Of a stretch of 51,588 bases of DNA, positions 12,712 through 25,379 are shown one piece after another. How positions within the stretch are numbered: position 1 is the first letter of the stretch; the number at the start of each line of letters is the position of its first letter. The DNA is from Chiloscyllium plagiosum (Eukaryota): assembly GCF_004010195.1 (NCBI RefSeq), contig NC_057752.1:12288253-12339840 (forward strand), written 5' to 3'. The notes under the pieces were generated by a model, which was not told the origin of the DNA, ran no database searches, and was given only the letters and a program-made list of their open reading frames with translations. The translations under genes were made by a program, and so were the position numbers.

Positions 12712-13257
12712 AATTAAAACAAAAATGCTGACAGTCACAGGTCAGGCAGTATCCAGTTGGAAAGCAAACCAAAAAAAAATGTTGGAGTTGAGATGACCAT
12801 TCACTTTAGCTGAAGTGTGGAGGGAGCAATATTTATGCAATGGTGGGGGTGTGCAGTGGGTCTGGAGAAAAAATGTTGCTAGTTCAGTGATCAAGTGACA
12901 GAATGGCAGAACAAGTGTAGTCTAATTACCAGACTGGCAAAGACAGACAGGCTCACTGGGATTTTGGGGAGGAGGGGGAGAAAGGGCAACAGAAGGTAAC
13001 ATGCATAAAAAATATATAGGCTCACAATCTGAAGAAGTGAAGTGTTGAACTCAGTATGGAGCCCATAAGGCCCTAAAAACTGCTAAGTTTGAGATATGTT
13101 GCTCTTCTAGTTTGCACTGATTTGCTGTAGCATTTCAGAGCTAAGTGAAGCAAAGTCATCTAGACTTGAAATGTTAACTTGCTTTCTTGAATGGATGCTG
13201 CCTGACCCCTGATCTCCAGCATTTGTTTTTTCCAGATTCTAGCAGCTGCAGTAATTT
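12712..13257. mobile_element. Old PLE remnant with inverted terminal copies
   Basis: caggtcaggcagtatcc near the left end and ggatgctgcctgacc near the right end. Purine-rich interior like the other PLE bodies. Confidence 0.55.
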
Positions 13258-13269
13258 GACAATTAAAAA

Positions 13270-13820
13270 CACAATACAAGTTTTGCACAAGTTACAATTT
13301 CTACTGCCACTTTAAACATGGACTGATTTTAAGATTTATACAAGATTTAAAGTGCTGATTGAAGTTCTAGCATTTACAAGAAATTGGATACAATCCAGTG
13401 CACAAACTGAAAAACTATGGAGCTAAGAGACTACATTCTGTTTGGATAAAAACCTGATCAACCAGTGTAAGGTGAGTTTGATGGATAACATTGCAATTTG
13501 AAACAAAGAACTGGATAAAAGCCAAGATTTACTGGATCCAACTGAAGCTTTAAAAAAAGCTGTTAGAACATTTAAATTTTTAAAAATTGTTAGATGGTAC
13601 AAGTCACAATCTAAAAAGGTATAACCCATTTTATGTACTCAAACAAGTCAGCAGGCCCAACCAGCATGGGCACTTATTTTTGTACAAACAGTCGTGACCT
13701 ATATACCTGTCTATTAGCTCCCCATCTTATTTTTAAAGTTTACATTCATCGGTTTCAAGCAGTCAAACCAGTAGCACATTCCACAGCCAAAGCTGATGTT
13801 AAGGTCCTTCAGTACTGGTC
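13270..13820 (-). ncRNA. Candidate terminal exon of a minus-strand spliced transcript (3' end undefined)
   Basis: Acceptor-like catttttagattttag|GACC at 13821/13820, followed by AT-rich, UTR-like sequence with no repeat I recognise. No long ORF and no clear polyA signal located. Confidence 0.25.
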
Positions 13821-14004
13821 CTAAAATCTAAAAATGTTGACAGGATACCATCCTTAATTTCTGGAGCACTGACTTAGTTTCTTTGGGGTCCAGGCAACAT
13901 TTGTAATTTGACAATGCTCACTGAGAGAGAGAGAGTTATATCCTCATAGTATGGAGCCCAATATTGCTCCCAGCACTTTAACCAAGGGTCATCATGCCTT
14001 ATAC

Positions 14005-14132
14005 CTAATGGGCCGGATGCAGAGGACGGCAGGATCCCCATTGGGCGTTCCATAGACGGGTAGACCGTCCAGCCCCTGGGGCCCGCCCCGCCGATGCGTT
14101 AGGCGTCCTACGGCCGTGGGACACACACACGT
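14005..14132. other. Unclassified GC/CpG-rich segment
   Basis: 78/110 G+C over 14011-14120 and 13 CpGs over 14011-14131, in a CpG-depleted background. Lies between a minus-strand CR1 RT remnant (~13936-14004) and a plus-strand CR1 3' end. Confidence 0.8.
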
Positions 14133-14328
14133 GAGGGGAAGAGGTGGCAGCTGGTACAATTACAACATTTAAAAAGGCATCTGGACATGTATACGAGTAG
14201 GAAGGATTAGAGGGATATGGGCCAAGTGCTGGTAAAGTGGGATTTGAGAAATGTAGGATATATACTTGGCATGGAGGAGTTGGACGGAAAGGGGTGTTTC
14301 CTTGCTGCACATCTATGATGAACTCTAA
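14133..14328 (+). mobile_element. CR1/HER1-like LINE 3' end
   Basis: gctggtacaattacaacatttaaaaaggcatctgga...gagggatatgggccaagtgctgg...catctatga matches 35375-35455 and 36471-36590. Confidence 0.85.
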
Positions 14329-14919
14329 AATGGATCCTCTTGAAAGGTTGAACTAGTTCACTTTTCTACACCAAGCCCGAAAAACCATTTTTAAAAGGAA
14401 CATTTAGAAGCCCAAAGGATGGGTTGTAGTTACATGCAAACAACCTACAGTATTTCTTACTATATGGCTTAAAAGTATGTACAAACAGAAATATTTTAAA
14501 AAGATGTTTAACTTTGCTCCAAAAGAAAAAGCCAAAACTAAATCCAGTTCCCCTAGCTCAGTGGCAGAATGATGGGACCATTTATTTTTAGGTTTAAAGT
14601 TCTGCAGCCAGAATAGGGGGATGCATTTTAGTGAACATTGAGAGCTGGCACAAGTGATTCGGCTCTATACAAATCAATGTAATCCAGAGAATTAAATCAG
14701 ATTTCGTTCAAATGTTTGTAAGAGTTAAGTGATTGAGACTAAAGTGGTGCAATCACATTGCCTAATGGCAGCATACATTCCATATGATTGCTATGTGGAA
14801 TTAGGCTTCACACTCAGTTGGTAATTTTGTATAAATTGTAAATATACATCACTATTATAATGAACACCAGGTCATGATCTGACATTATGGGGTATAGTTG
14901 ATTAATTCACAAAATAAAA

Positions 14920-15980
14920 GTATGGTTCAAAAAGAGGCTATTATGTTTACACCAACTCTCCAAACAAAGTGATGTTGTCATTCTTTACCTTTCCAGGGTC
15001 TGTTTCTATTTTAGTGTGCAGACATCCAATACCCTCTTGAATGTCTCAGTTGAGACCGCTTCCACCTTATTTCTAACCCCAACTACTTGCTGTGGAAAAA
15101 AAAGCGTTTCTTCTGCAAGTCACTGAATTTCTGCTTTGTTGGAAAAGTTCCTCCCCATCTAGCCCACTAGGTTCAGTTTTGAAAACTTGGAGCTCTTTGG
15201 AAAAAAAAAGTCCCAACCCCTTAAATCTATCCTGGGTGACTAAAATGTCTAACCCTTGAAGCCATTCTTGGTCAAGGTCTCCTGCACTCTCCAATATGTT
15301 CACATCCTTCCTACAGTGTAGCATTAAATTGCCTATAATTATTCCAACTGAGTTTCTACAAGTTCAACAGCACCTCCTTGCTCTTGCTCTCTATGCCCCT
15401 ATTAAAGCCCAGGATATCATGTGCTTTAACTGTTCTCCACCTGCCTCAATGATCTGTGTATACATAGGTCCCTCTAATTCTGCACCACCTTTAGATTTGT
15501 AACCTAATTATGTATGCCCATGTTCTTCCTACCAAAAAAAAGTATCACTTCACACCTAAAGTTGAACAGCAATCCATCCACCTATTTGACCAAATTACTT
15601 ACATCCTTCAAGGAAAGATATCCTCAACTTCTACACTGTCCTCAAATTTACTATGCTTCATCCAAAACTGAAATTGTCTACAGTAGTAAGCAGCTAAAAT
15701 GGTCTCCATACCAACTCCTGGGGAACTCCACCACAGGTTCTTCCAGACTGAAAAATACCCATTCACTAACTCACTATTGTTACCTTCCACTCAGCCAATT
15801 TTGTACACGTTACTATCATGCCATTTATTCTATGGGCTACATTTTCTTACAAGGGTTGTGCAACACTAAACATCTTTTAGATGTTTATGCACACCATATT
15901 CAGCATTACCCCTCTATGTTCAGAGTGGTTCTTGAATTGAGCACATTTATAATCCATGAGTGGCTATCTTTCACAATTGT
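14920..15980 (-). mobile_element. Decayed CR1-clade RT and 3' region
   Basis: Minus-strand HCRKDV...LE, SGVPQ-like and NWLSG-like remnants. Confidence 0.7.
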
Positions 15981-16199
15981 TTTGCTTACGTTGGAGCTTT
16001 AACATTAAATTCTTGTCAGTTGTTTCATTGTCAATGATCAACTTTGTTAGTCTCAAAGTAGCCCTCTATCAAAAGATACTCCCAACACCACTGCTTTGAA
16101 CAGGGAAGGGAGGAAAAAAGGCTTCATTGGTTAGCAACATTACTAACAAACTGAAATGGAAGTTATCCATTTCTTAAATGGTTGTGCAAATACCTGCAG

Positions 16200-17130
16200 T
16201 GTCAAATATTTATTGTCCACCCAGAGTTGTGGAGAAAGGAATTAGTGAGCAGTCCTGAACTGCTGCAGCCCATGAAGCACATGTACACCTAAAGTGCAGT
16301 TGGGAGGAAATTCAGATTTGACCAAGAGAATGAAGGGACAGTGACATACAGAAGAACCTGGGATTATCTGAGTGACATGGATGGGAAGTATTTTGTTCTG
16401 TTAAATTGGATAACAGTTGCCAAGTGATCTTGTTTGGATAATCCCAAACTTGGTTAATCAAATGCCAGAGAGAGGTTTCTCTGTAGTAAGTGCTGATAAG
16501 GCCTTCCATCAAATGGACAGGTAGCTAATTGGCCAGGTTCGATTTATCCTCCATTTTGTCCACCAGGAAAAACCTCAGCAATGCAGAAAACTGCCAGGAT
16601 AAATTCTTGTTAAAGCTGGAACAGCTTGGCTAGGTATAGCAATTCTGGAGCACAAGTCTTCTGGCCCACAACCTTTACAGTATCTAGAGTCTCCAGCCAT
16701 TTCTTGATATCACATTGAATGATTCAAACTGACTAAAGACCAGTGTTTGTGATGCTGGGGACCTCTGGAGGCAGAGATAGCTCATTTACCTTCAGCTGCA
16801 AGTAGAAAGTTCTTCACCTTTTTGCACATTAGTGTGCTAGACTCACGGTGGTATGGGGGATATGGTGAGGGATGGAGTGTTTGTGACACCACCTCCTCTT
16901 CCATTAAGAGGATAAAATTTCCTACCACCTAATAACTGGCAGGACTGTAGAGCTTTGATCCATTCTGCTGATTGAGAGAAGTCTTAACCTTGGATATTGC
17001 ATGCTGCTTCCACATGTAACTCCAGATGCTGCCAGACTGGAGTCTCAAATCATTTTGCTCCTCACTCCATGTTTGGTGCTGCACCAAGTGTTCTGAAGTG
17101 CTCACTTTTATCCAGCCCAGAAAGTAGTGG
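16200..17130 (-). mobile_element. Old CR1/L2-group LINE remnant (distinct family)
   Basis: Resembles a shark LINE tail as I recall it (tttattgtccaccc...gaactgctgcagccc). Minus-strand RT-like fragments; heavily decayed. Confidence 0.45.
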
Positions 17131-17960
17131 TGTGGAGTCAAAACACATGCAGTAAAACAAACTGCAAGTGAAATAGAAGCAACGACTAATCCTAAAATTA
17201 TCTTGGATAATTAACAAAGACAAACCCACTAAACCTTTCAAGCAAGTTCATGGTTTATCCTCTCCCTTGGGCAACATGCAAAAAAAGGCCCCAAATTTTT
17301 CCCCATCATTAAAATTGCATCCCAATTCTGGCAGAAAGTGATCAGCACATTTAGGAGCAAGCTTTCACATTTTTTTTTTAATCATTTGGTAAAGTGTTGA
17401 AAAGGATAGTTAGACATGCCCATAAGAGTAATAGTTGTGCCTCAGGTGTCTTAATGTTTTACTTGAAAAAGAACAGCCAACACTCCACTTCAAGGTACTT
17501 GGAGTAGTCAGAGCATAACCATACCCTCATGATACAGGCAGAATCCTACTATGACTGAAAGTAGGATCTTTGACAGCTAGTAATTACAATTAACCAACCA
17601 TTTGAAAACTAGAAATGCATTTTTTTTAAAAATGCGACTACAGAGTTAAGCTAAGTCAGGAAAAGCAAGACAAGTGTGGATGCAGTGGGCAAGTTTCCCA
17701 GTTAGACAAAACAGCTTCTGCAGAAGAGCTTAAAAAAGGCTAAGCAACCACACAGCCATTCGGTTCTGTCCTTCCAGCTTCTCCTAGTGAGCTGATGCTG
17801 TATCCAATAGGTGACAGCAATTCTGAACTTATGCTGTGTTTACTGCAAACTTCCCTCAAGTCTTTCCCCTGTAACTCCCACAACATCCAGCTTAAACTAT
17901 TCTTTACCTTCTTACCCTACAAGATATGTGCCATCCAAGCACTTATCCCAAACAGTGGTT

Positions 17961-18268
17961 TTAGATTAGATTCCCTACAATGTGGAAACAGGCCCTTTGG
18001 CCCAACCAGTCCACACCAACCCTCTGAAGAGCAACCCACCGAGAACCATTCCCCTACATTTACTCCTGACTAATGCACCTAACTAGTCAGTTTAGCATGG
18101 CCAATTCACCAGACCTGCACATCTTTGGATTGTGGGAGGAAACTAGAGCACCCAGAGGAAACCCACACAGACAGAATGTGCAAACTCCACAGTTGTCAGG
18201 TGGGAATTGGACCTGGGCCCCTGGTGCTGAGAGGCAGCAATGCTAACCACTGAGCCACCATGCCACCC
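17961..18268 (-). mobile_element. HE1-like SINE, full length
   Basis: Minus head gggtggcatggtggctcagtggttagcattgctgcctctcagcaccagg, SINE core, and (AATCT)n tail seen as ttagattagatt. Confidence 0.92.
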
Positions 18269-18530
18269 TAACAAAACAATTTATACTACCAAAGCTTGAA
18301 TCCCCTTCACTGGTCAAATCTCTACCAAAACCACTGATCCTCATTTAGTTTGGAACTAAAATTGCTCTTTTTCAGCTCCTTGTTTCCACTGTTGAATCCT
18401 GTCAAATTCAATATTGCTCCCAAATATACCCCATCAGGTATTGAAAATCGTAGTAGGCAAATCAAGATGATCCAAAGATTTGCTTCCATTTATAGCAATT
18501 CAGCATTGCAAGTTAGGGGGTTGTGGGCTT

Positions 18531-18648
18531 GGAGACAGTAAGGACTGCAGATGCTAGAAGCCAGTCAGTAGATGGAGCTGGAGAAGCACAGCCGATCAGA
18601 CAGCATTGGTGGAGCAGGAAAGTCAACATTTTGGGCCAGGACCCTTCA
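18531..18648 (-). mobile_element. Decayed solo PLE terminal repeat
   Basis: aggactgcagatgct...gagcaggaaagtcaacattttgggccaggacccttca matches the family. Hammerhead core is broken. Confidence 0.7.
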
Positions 18649-18739
18649 ATTGCCCACAGGTGATTTACTGTCAGTTTTTTTTTAAAAAACAGTAACAACC
18701 ACTAAGTAATGGTGATTTGGGTGGTGGAAAATCTGTTGT

Positions 18740-18980
18740 GCACAATGGCACTTTGCATTAACAAAAAAGGTTGTGGGTTCAAGCCATACTCTGGGCCATG
18801 AACACAATGCAAACAAGTATTTAGTATAGCATTACAGAAACACTAGATCATGGTCAGGTTTAATGTTTCATTTGGAACCTTCAATCTACTTTGTCAGATA
18901 GACAACTGACTATTCCAAATCTCCCATTACTCCTGAACATCTATCCTTTGACGAACACCAAGCAGATAAAATCTGCTTTA
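18740..18980 (+). mobile_element. Possible ancient tRNA-head SINE (SacSINE/DeuSINE-like) remnant
   Basis: B-box-like aaggttgtgggttcaagcc and a tail-like atctatcctttgacgaacacca. Recognised from memory only. Confidence 0.3.
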
Positions 18981-18984
18981 TGGT

Positions 18985-19430
18985 ATGGGTAGTTCAAACA
19001 AACCCAGTTCAAGCCCTAAAGTTGATGAATTAGACTTCTGGATTCCATAAAATCAACAGGGTCTAAGCAGGAAGTGAAGTGTTGTTCTTCTAGCTTGTGC
19101 AGATCTTCACTGGAACACTGCAGCAAGCCAATGAGATGTTGGCCAGAGAACAAAGGTATGTTGAAGTGGCAGGCAACTGAAAGCTGGCTTTAGTTTGCTG
19201 ACAGACCATGGATGTCCTGTGAAACAAAGATGTCACCTGGTCTATGCTTAGTTTCCCCCACTAAAACCCCATTGAGTAGTGAATGCAGTAGACTAGATTG
19301 TGTAAAGTGCAGCTTCACCTGGAAGATGTTTGGGTCCTTGGATTGGGGGGGGGGGGGGGGGCAGCAGGGAGGGTAGAGGAGAATGGGTAGGTGTTACACC
19401 TATGATTGCAGGAGAAGGTACCATGGAGTT
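18985..19430 (-). mobile_element. PLE GIY-YIG endonuclease remnant
   Basis: Minus-strand FQVKLHFT/NLVYCIH (~19275-19325) resembles the VYCI start of the PLE GIY-YIG domain. Confidence 0.6.
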
Positions 19431-20689
19431 GCAGCCTTATCCTCCTGTGTCATCTCAGTAGGAAATCCTTGCTCTGGGACACCCTGGTTCATACTTCAAC
19501 ACCAACTGCCTCCTGGCATGTTCAATTAAACATCTTTGAAATACTGATATTCTTCAGTGGAAGAAATATTTGAGAAAAGACTAAGTTGGAAGACAAATCT
19601 GAATGATGATTAAAATAAAGATTGGCTGAACAGAAGGCTTTGCTGTCTCCATGTTAGTGTACCAGGCCACAGCCCACTTCATTAAAACATACTTCAAGAT
19701 TTTTTTTTACTGTGTTTGTTTCACTTTCACTAATAGTCAGTTTAATAAAAATGTAAGTTAATTTTCTTTAATACAAAATCTTAATCAGATTCTTGCATAG
19801 AATATACACTGTGCAGAAAAGCATGTTTGGGCAATGCTAGGCCTATTAAAAACAACTTCAGACTGATACTAAGCTGCAGTTTATCATATTGGTGCATTCT
19901 CTAGAGCAATGCCTCTACCAGAGGCCACTTGCCAATAAATATTAGCATTCTTCAGTACATGAATGTTTGCATTTGCAATACCAACATCCTGATGAGCACA
20001 AGATGAATCTTACTGACAAAATACTACCTTCCGCCTCAATCTCAAAATAGCATTTACCCATTTGTGATAAAGATGCACAATCAAGATGCAGGAAGAGACT
20101 GAGCATGGGCTATGCATACCATATCTATGACGAGTTGCCAGAAATGTGAGCTCCATCTTGTTGTATTGGCCAAAGCTTAGTTTGTTTATACTAGCTAAAT
20201 CTTAAGTCAGTTTTGTCAAGGTTTCATGGCCTTGCAACAAAAGTCCCACAATGCAGGTTTTGCCATTTTTACCATAAATTGATTCACCTACCTACCCCAT
20301 GCCTATGGCAGCATTAAAATCTAGTTCTAGGAATGGTGGGTGGGACAACTGGTCAACACATCCCAGAATTGACTGGTAACCCCTGGCACTTAAGCTGTTA
20401 TGCACCTGAACAAGTTTTAGGCTAAAACTGTCCTGCATAAGCTCCTGAAAAGTTGTCCCAGACACTTCAAGTGACAACTGGCATTGCTTCGCAGGCAAAA
20501 GCCTTCAGGATGGAGTGTTGTAGAGGCAGGAAGCTGTGCTTTGCACTTGTGACAGAGTCCACTACACTAGAACACTAGTCTATGGTGGATTCAGAAGACA
20601 GTCCAAAAGTCAGCCATCTGGAGGAATGGCCTCCTTTCTTCTCTACCAGAAATGTCACCATCTGTTAACTGTAAAGTCCAGTCAGTTTG

Positions 20690-22640
20690 TCCATCCAGTC
20701 ATGTATAGACCTCCAAATAGTAGTCAGTACCTGGAGTGCAAGTTTCATTTCCTAGTGTAAGTGCAGGAAAGGCAAAGTTAGTGAGCATGGTGGGGTGGTG
20801 GATCTCACTAGGGAACAGGCAGTACTGGATTTAGTACTGTGCAATGACAGACCTGGTAAGGGAGCCAAGGTGAAGGGACCCTTCGGAGGCAGTGATTGCA
20901 ATGATGGAATTTACTTGGCAATTGAGAGGATAGAGAAAAAAATCAGAGGCAACAGTATTATAGCTGAATAAAAAAGGCAACTACAGAGACAGAGGGAGCA
21001 GTGGGTAAAACTGACAGCAAGAGTTTCTGGAGTAATACAGGAGACATTGCAGAGATTCATCTTGGAGTAAAAAGCAGCATGGTACAGGGAGGAGGCGGCA
21101 ACTATGGCTGACTGGGGAAGTCAGGGATAGCATAAAGCAAGAGTGAAAGCATACAAGTGGTAAGGACAGTGGGAAATGAGGATTGGGAAGCTTAAAGACC
21201 AGAGGGTAACAAATTAAAAATGTGTAATCTAGCCAGTAATACGACTAGAAGTTTTAGATATACAAAGGTAAAGAGGACATTGAGCCACTGAAGTCTGATA
21301 CTGAAGTGTACTGGTGGGGGCACAAGGAAACAGGAACAAGTTACAGTCTTCACTGTGGAGGACTGAAGTAATATCCCAAAAATTCAAGAGTGAGGGGGCA
21401 GGGCAGAGCATGGTGGCCAGCATCAAGGAGAAGGTGCTAGAAAAACCTGAAGTTGGATATATCACCTGGACCAGATGGACTACATCCCAGAGTTTAAAGG
21501 CAATAGCAGAGGCATTAGTGGTGATCTTTAAGGAAGGTCCTAGAGGACTGGAAAAAAAAAATCACCAATGTGACACCTCTGTTTGAAATTCTAAGTAACA
21601 AGCATGTTAGACCAATGGATGTTGTTATCTACCTGGGCTGCAAGGTGGCACAGGGGGCTACTGAGCAAGACAAGGGCCCATGGTAGGAGGTAAGGTGCTA
21701 GCATGGATAGAAGCTGGACTGTCTGGCAGAAAGATTAAAAAGTCCTTCTCAGGGTGGAAGCTAGTGAGAAGTGGTGTTCTGTAAGGCTGTGTTGGGATCA
21801 CAACTTTTCACTTCATACTTTGGCCAGAATGTCTGGATTGTTTAAAGTTTGCCAAAGAGACAAAGATAGGTAGAGGCACAGGTAACATTGAGGCAGCAGG
21901 AGGTCTGTAGAAGATTTGGACAGGTTAGGAGAATGGACAAAAAGTGGTAGATGGAGCATAACATGGGAAAGAGGTCACTTTGGTCAGACTAACAGGCATA
22001 GAGTTTCTGAAATGGAAAAAAATGCAGAAATCTGAAGTGGAGAGTCTTGGGAGTTCCAGTTCAGGATTCTCAAGGTAAACTTGCAGGTTGAGTATAGGAA
22101 GGCAAATGTGATGATAGCATTTGAGGACTTGAAGTACATCTGTACTTTTCAGGCCTGATAAGGCTGGAGTCAGACCATGTTGTTTGGAACATGTGAGCAA
22201 ATTTGGGCCCCATTTCTCAGGATGTACTGACCCTGGAGCCTGTCTAGAGGAGGTTAGTGACAATAGTCCCAGGAATGAAACTTAGAGGAACTTTTGAAGG
22301 TTTATTCTCAGGAGTTTAAGGATGAGGGGGCCACCTATTTGAAAATACTGAATGACTTGGACAGCAGATGTTAGAAAGATGTTTCCATTGTTGAAACTAG
22401 GCCCTGAAGGCCTAGCCTTAGAGTAAAGAAATTTTAAAAAGATAAAGGACATCTCTACAGCCAGAGTGGTGAACCTATGAATTCGTTGCCACAAAGCTGT
22501 GGAGGCCAGGTTTGAGTATACTTAAGAACTTCACTCTTAAGGGTTATGGGATAAAACAGGAAAGTGTGGTTGAGAAACAGCCATGATTGAATGGCATAGC
22601 TGACTTGATGGGCTGAATTTCTGCCATGTTTTATAGTCTC
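20690..22640 (+). mobile_element. Decayed CR1-clade LINE (EN to 3' end, internally deleted)
   Basis: LDLVLCN, SVFTVED, PGPDGLHPRV, SGV and KF-like remnants. 3' tail similar to 32030-32110. Confidence 0.85.
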
Positions 22641-22900
22641 ACTCCATCTCCACTACTTTAACTACTTCCCTCCAAGGCTCATGCCCTATTTCTCACTTGC
22701 CTGCAACATTTCCCCACTCATTGATCCCTCAACCCTGTTCTGAAGAGTCAGGAAGTTCAGACATCTCCCAACCTGCACCAAAAAAACCAAACAGTTGCAC
22801 CATGCACTTAGATACCATCTCCCTTATTCCAGAGGAATATCCCAGGATAGAGCCAAAACAGGTGGGTTGCCTGACATTCAGCTCATCCTGACTGACCACC
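22640..22900 (+). mobile_element. PIF/Harbinger-like Myb/SANT ORF remnant
   Basis: RAKTGGLPDIQL-like peptide (~22848-22890) after ttattccag. Shares the 18-mer ctcacttgcctgcaacat (22692-22709) with 37121-37138. Confidence 0.4.
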
Positions 22901-24275
22901 CAAATGGCTGACTAACCATGTTCAGGACCTTGGATTTGTTTAGGTGGAGCCCTGACCAAATTCTACTTCCCTTGACCTGATCAAGTACAAGGTCAAATTT
23001 TCATCTTTGGGTAGGTGCTGAATGGTACAGTTAATAGAAGGTGGAGTATGCAAACAACAACAAAAAAGGGTAAGGCAGGAATATAATGAGCATTAAAGGC
23101 TCAAGCAAGGAGCATTTGGCTGGTGTACTGGAACATGCCCAACATGTTGGTGGCCAGTATCTAGTATAGAGGCTCTTTGAAACAATGAGTTAAGTCAGTA
23201 GGTACCCCCTTGGATTTCTGGGTCAAGAAATTTCAGCATCTAGTTTGCTCACATGTTGTGGTAGGTTGAGAAGTGGTGCATTAATGACAGACATTAGGTT
23301 CGAAAAAGTATTTAAAATAGCATACAACTGCCTAGCAAGAATCTGCTTCAATACTAGGGAGTTAAAAGATGAAAGGAGCTACAAAAGATAAGCCTCTGGA
23401 ATGCTAGTGAGATTCTGCCAAATTTCCTGCATGGCCCATATTCAGGACCTTCTGAAGATTCCATCCTAGATGATAGATGGGATGGGCCATTGAAATTCTA
23501 TTAAAGACAGGAAAAAGAAAGCATTCAGATGTTTTACCAGATAGTAAACAGAGTGTGGGGGTTGTCTCACCCACAAGCTGGTGAGTCCAAGTTTGTTTTT
23601 ACTGCAATTCACAACAGCAACAACTGACCTGACTAAAAGAGAAGATCCAAGAGGTCTTGACAAGGTAGATGTGGAAAGGTTACCATGTGAAGGAAGATTA
23701 GAACTAGGGGTCACGGTTTAAAAGTTAAAAACAGGGTTGTCCATTTAGAATGGAACAAGGCAACTTAGGTACCAGAACTTAGTGGCAATAGATAGTAATT
23801 AACAACTGCTGGTGATATGGATCAAGCCAAAGTCATTTATGGAACTGCAAAAATAAAACCAAAATACAGTTAACAGTACATAAGCTTGGACACCAGACAA
23901 GCACAAACTAGTTGTCCCTTAATTTGAGGATATTTGCTAAGAGCATGACTGTGGTGGTCATGTGATTGAAGTGATGGATCCTCTACCAGATGAGGGCAAT
24001 AAGCTGTAATGAAATCCAGGAGTTCAGGATTTTCCCTTTTGTCAGTGAGGCATTGTGACCAAAGTGAGATGGACAAGTGGTCAAGATTCAAAAACAGTCA
24101 GATTAATTCTTCAGAGATTCAGTTTACACAGGGAATGGAGATTTTTTGGTCATCCAAAAGTGTACATCTTGTACAAGGCAGCAAGAAAGGCAGATCACCA
24201 AGTTGGTCCTGGAAAAACATTCATCCTCTTTGCTCCCTCAATGATATGCACTGGGGACCTTTTCAACCTTTAAAG

Positions 24276-24550
24276 TTAGATTCCTTAGTGTGGAAACAGG
24301 CCTGTCAGCCCAACCAGTCCACACCAACCCTCCAAAGAGTAACCCATTCAGACCCATTTCCCTGACTAACACCTAACACCATGGGCAATTTAGCATGGCC
24401 AATTCCCTAACCTGCACATCTTTGGACTGTGGGAAGAAACCTGACCACCCAGAGTAAACCTAGGCAGACACTGCAAACTCCACACAATCTCCCAATCACC
24501 AGAGGCTGGAATAGAACATGGAACCATGGTTCTGTGAGGCAGCAGTACTA
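24276..24550 (-). mobile_element. HE1-like SINE
   Basis: Reverse complement of the SINE core and tail (gtggaaacaggcc...gcaatttagcatggccaatt...gtgaggcagcagt). Confidence 0.9.
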
Positions 24551-25379
24551 GTTAATTAAAAAGGTCCCATGAGTGGTGAATTGGCACCACAAGAATCTCA
24601 ATTCACCACCAACCCAACTCTGCACCTTCCAAGCAGACCAAATAGTAGGCAATGACACAAGTCATCTCAAACTATGGATTGTATACATGCTGGCCATGTG
24701 AGTTTTGGCATAGAATGACAGGATAAAGGAGTTGCCCATCTAGATAGCATGTAGTACTGAAATTCCAGCTGAGCTTTGTGAATAATCACCAGATATGGTG
24801 ACTAGCAGCCTTGCTTGCACAGTACAAAGTTTGAAGGCATGTGTTTCAGGTCTCATTCCAGAGAACTGCAAGCATATCATGAAGTTTCTGAAGATTTGGA
24901 TGTCCAAGAACACAATCTAGAGTGGACAATCAAAAGATTAACTAACACCAAGTAGAAATGGCTGGACAGGTGGTGATGTTCCACAGCTTACAGCTACAGT
25001 GGTGTCTGATCCCATTGAGCACTGCAGTGCTCACATCTGCAACAAGTATCAGTTGCTGGAGGAATGACAGGTCAATTCTGAGGAAGAGTTTGAGCTTCAG
25101 ACACTGGCATATCTACAGGGAGCATTATCTAGATGCTGTGTTTCAGTAAACAGTTGTACCAGCTAGATTAAGTATCTGAAATAGTCTGGTCAGTGACAGC
25201 AGGGAGGGAGACTAAGTGAGGCAAGTAAAGAGCCTGTATTCAGCAACAAGAGCCTCAGCTCTACTTGTCCAATAGTAGATGAGGTACCTGCTCCATGTGG
25301 ATGAACAGGAGTGTAGGAAGAAATCAGCCAGCTGACCAGTACTGATACAGGAGCCCATGGGGGGGGGGGGGAAGAGAGA

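Noticed and set aside
13915..13998. C/D snoRNA candidate on minus (ATGATGA ... ATGA ... GTGA) about 95 nt upstream of a candidate acceptor
   Set aside because: No canonical CTGA D box and a weak terminal stem. The interior reads better as a decayed CR1 RT (EQYWAPYY) segment.
14005..14310. 101-aa minus-strand ORF
   Set aside because: Chimera of an antisense CR1 3' end and the GC-rich segment, with no recognisable domain.
15514..16002. 162-aa plus-strand ORF
   Set aside because: Antisense to a decayed CR1 RT, with no protein-family features.
19345..19361. G17 run as a G-quadruplex element
   Set aside because: Homopolymer expansion inside a decayed repeat. Such runs are frequent in this window.
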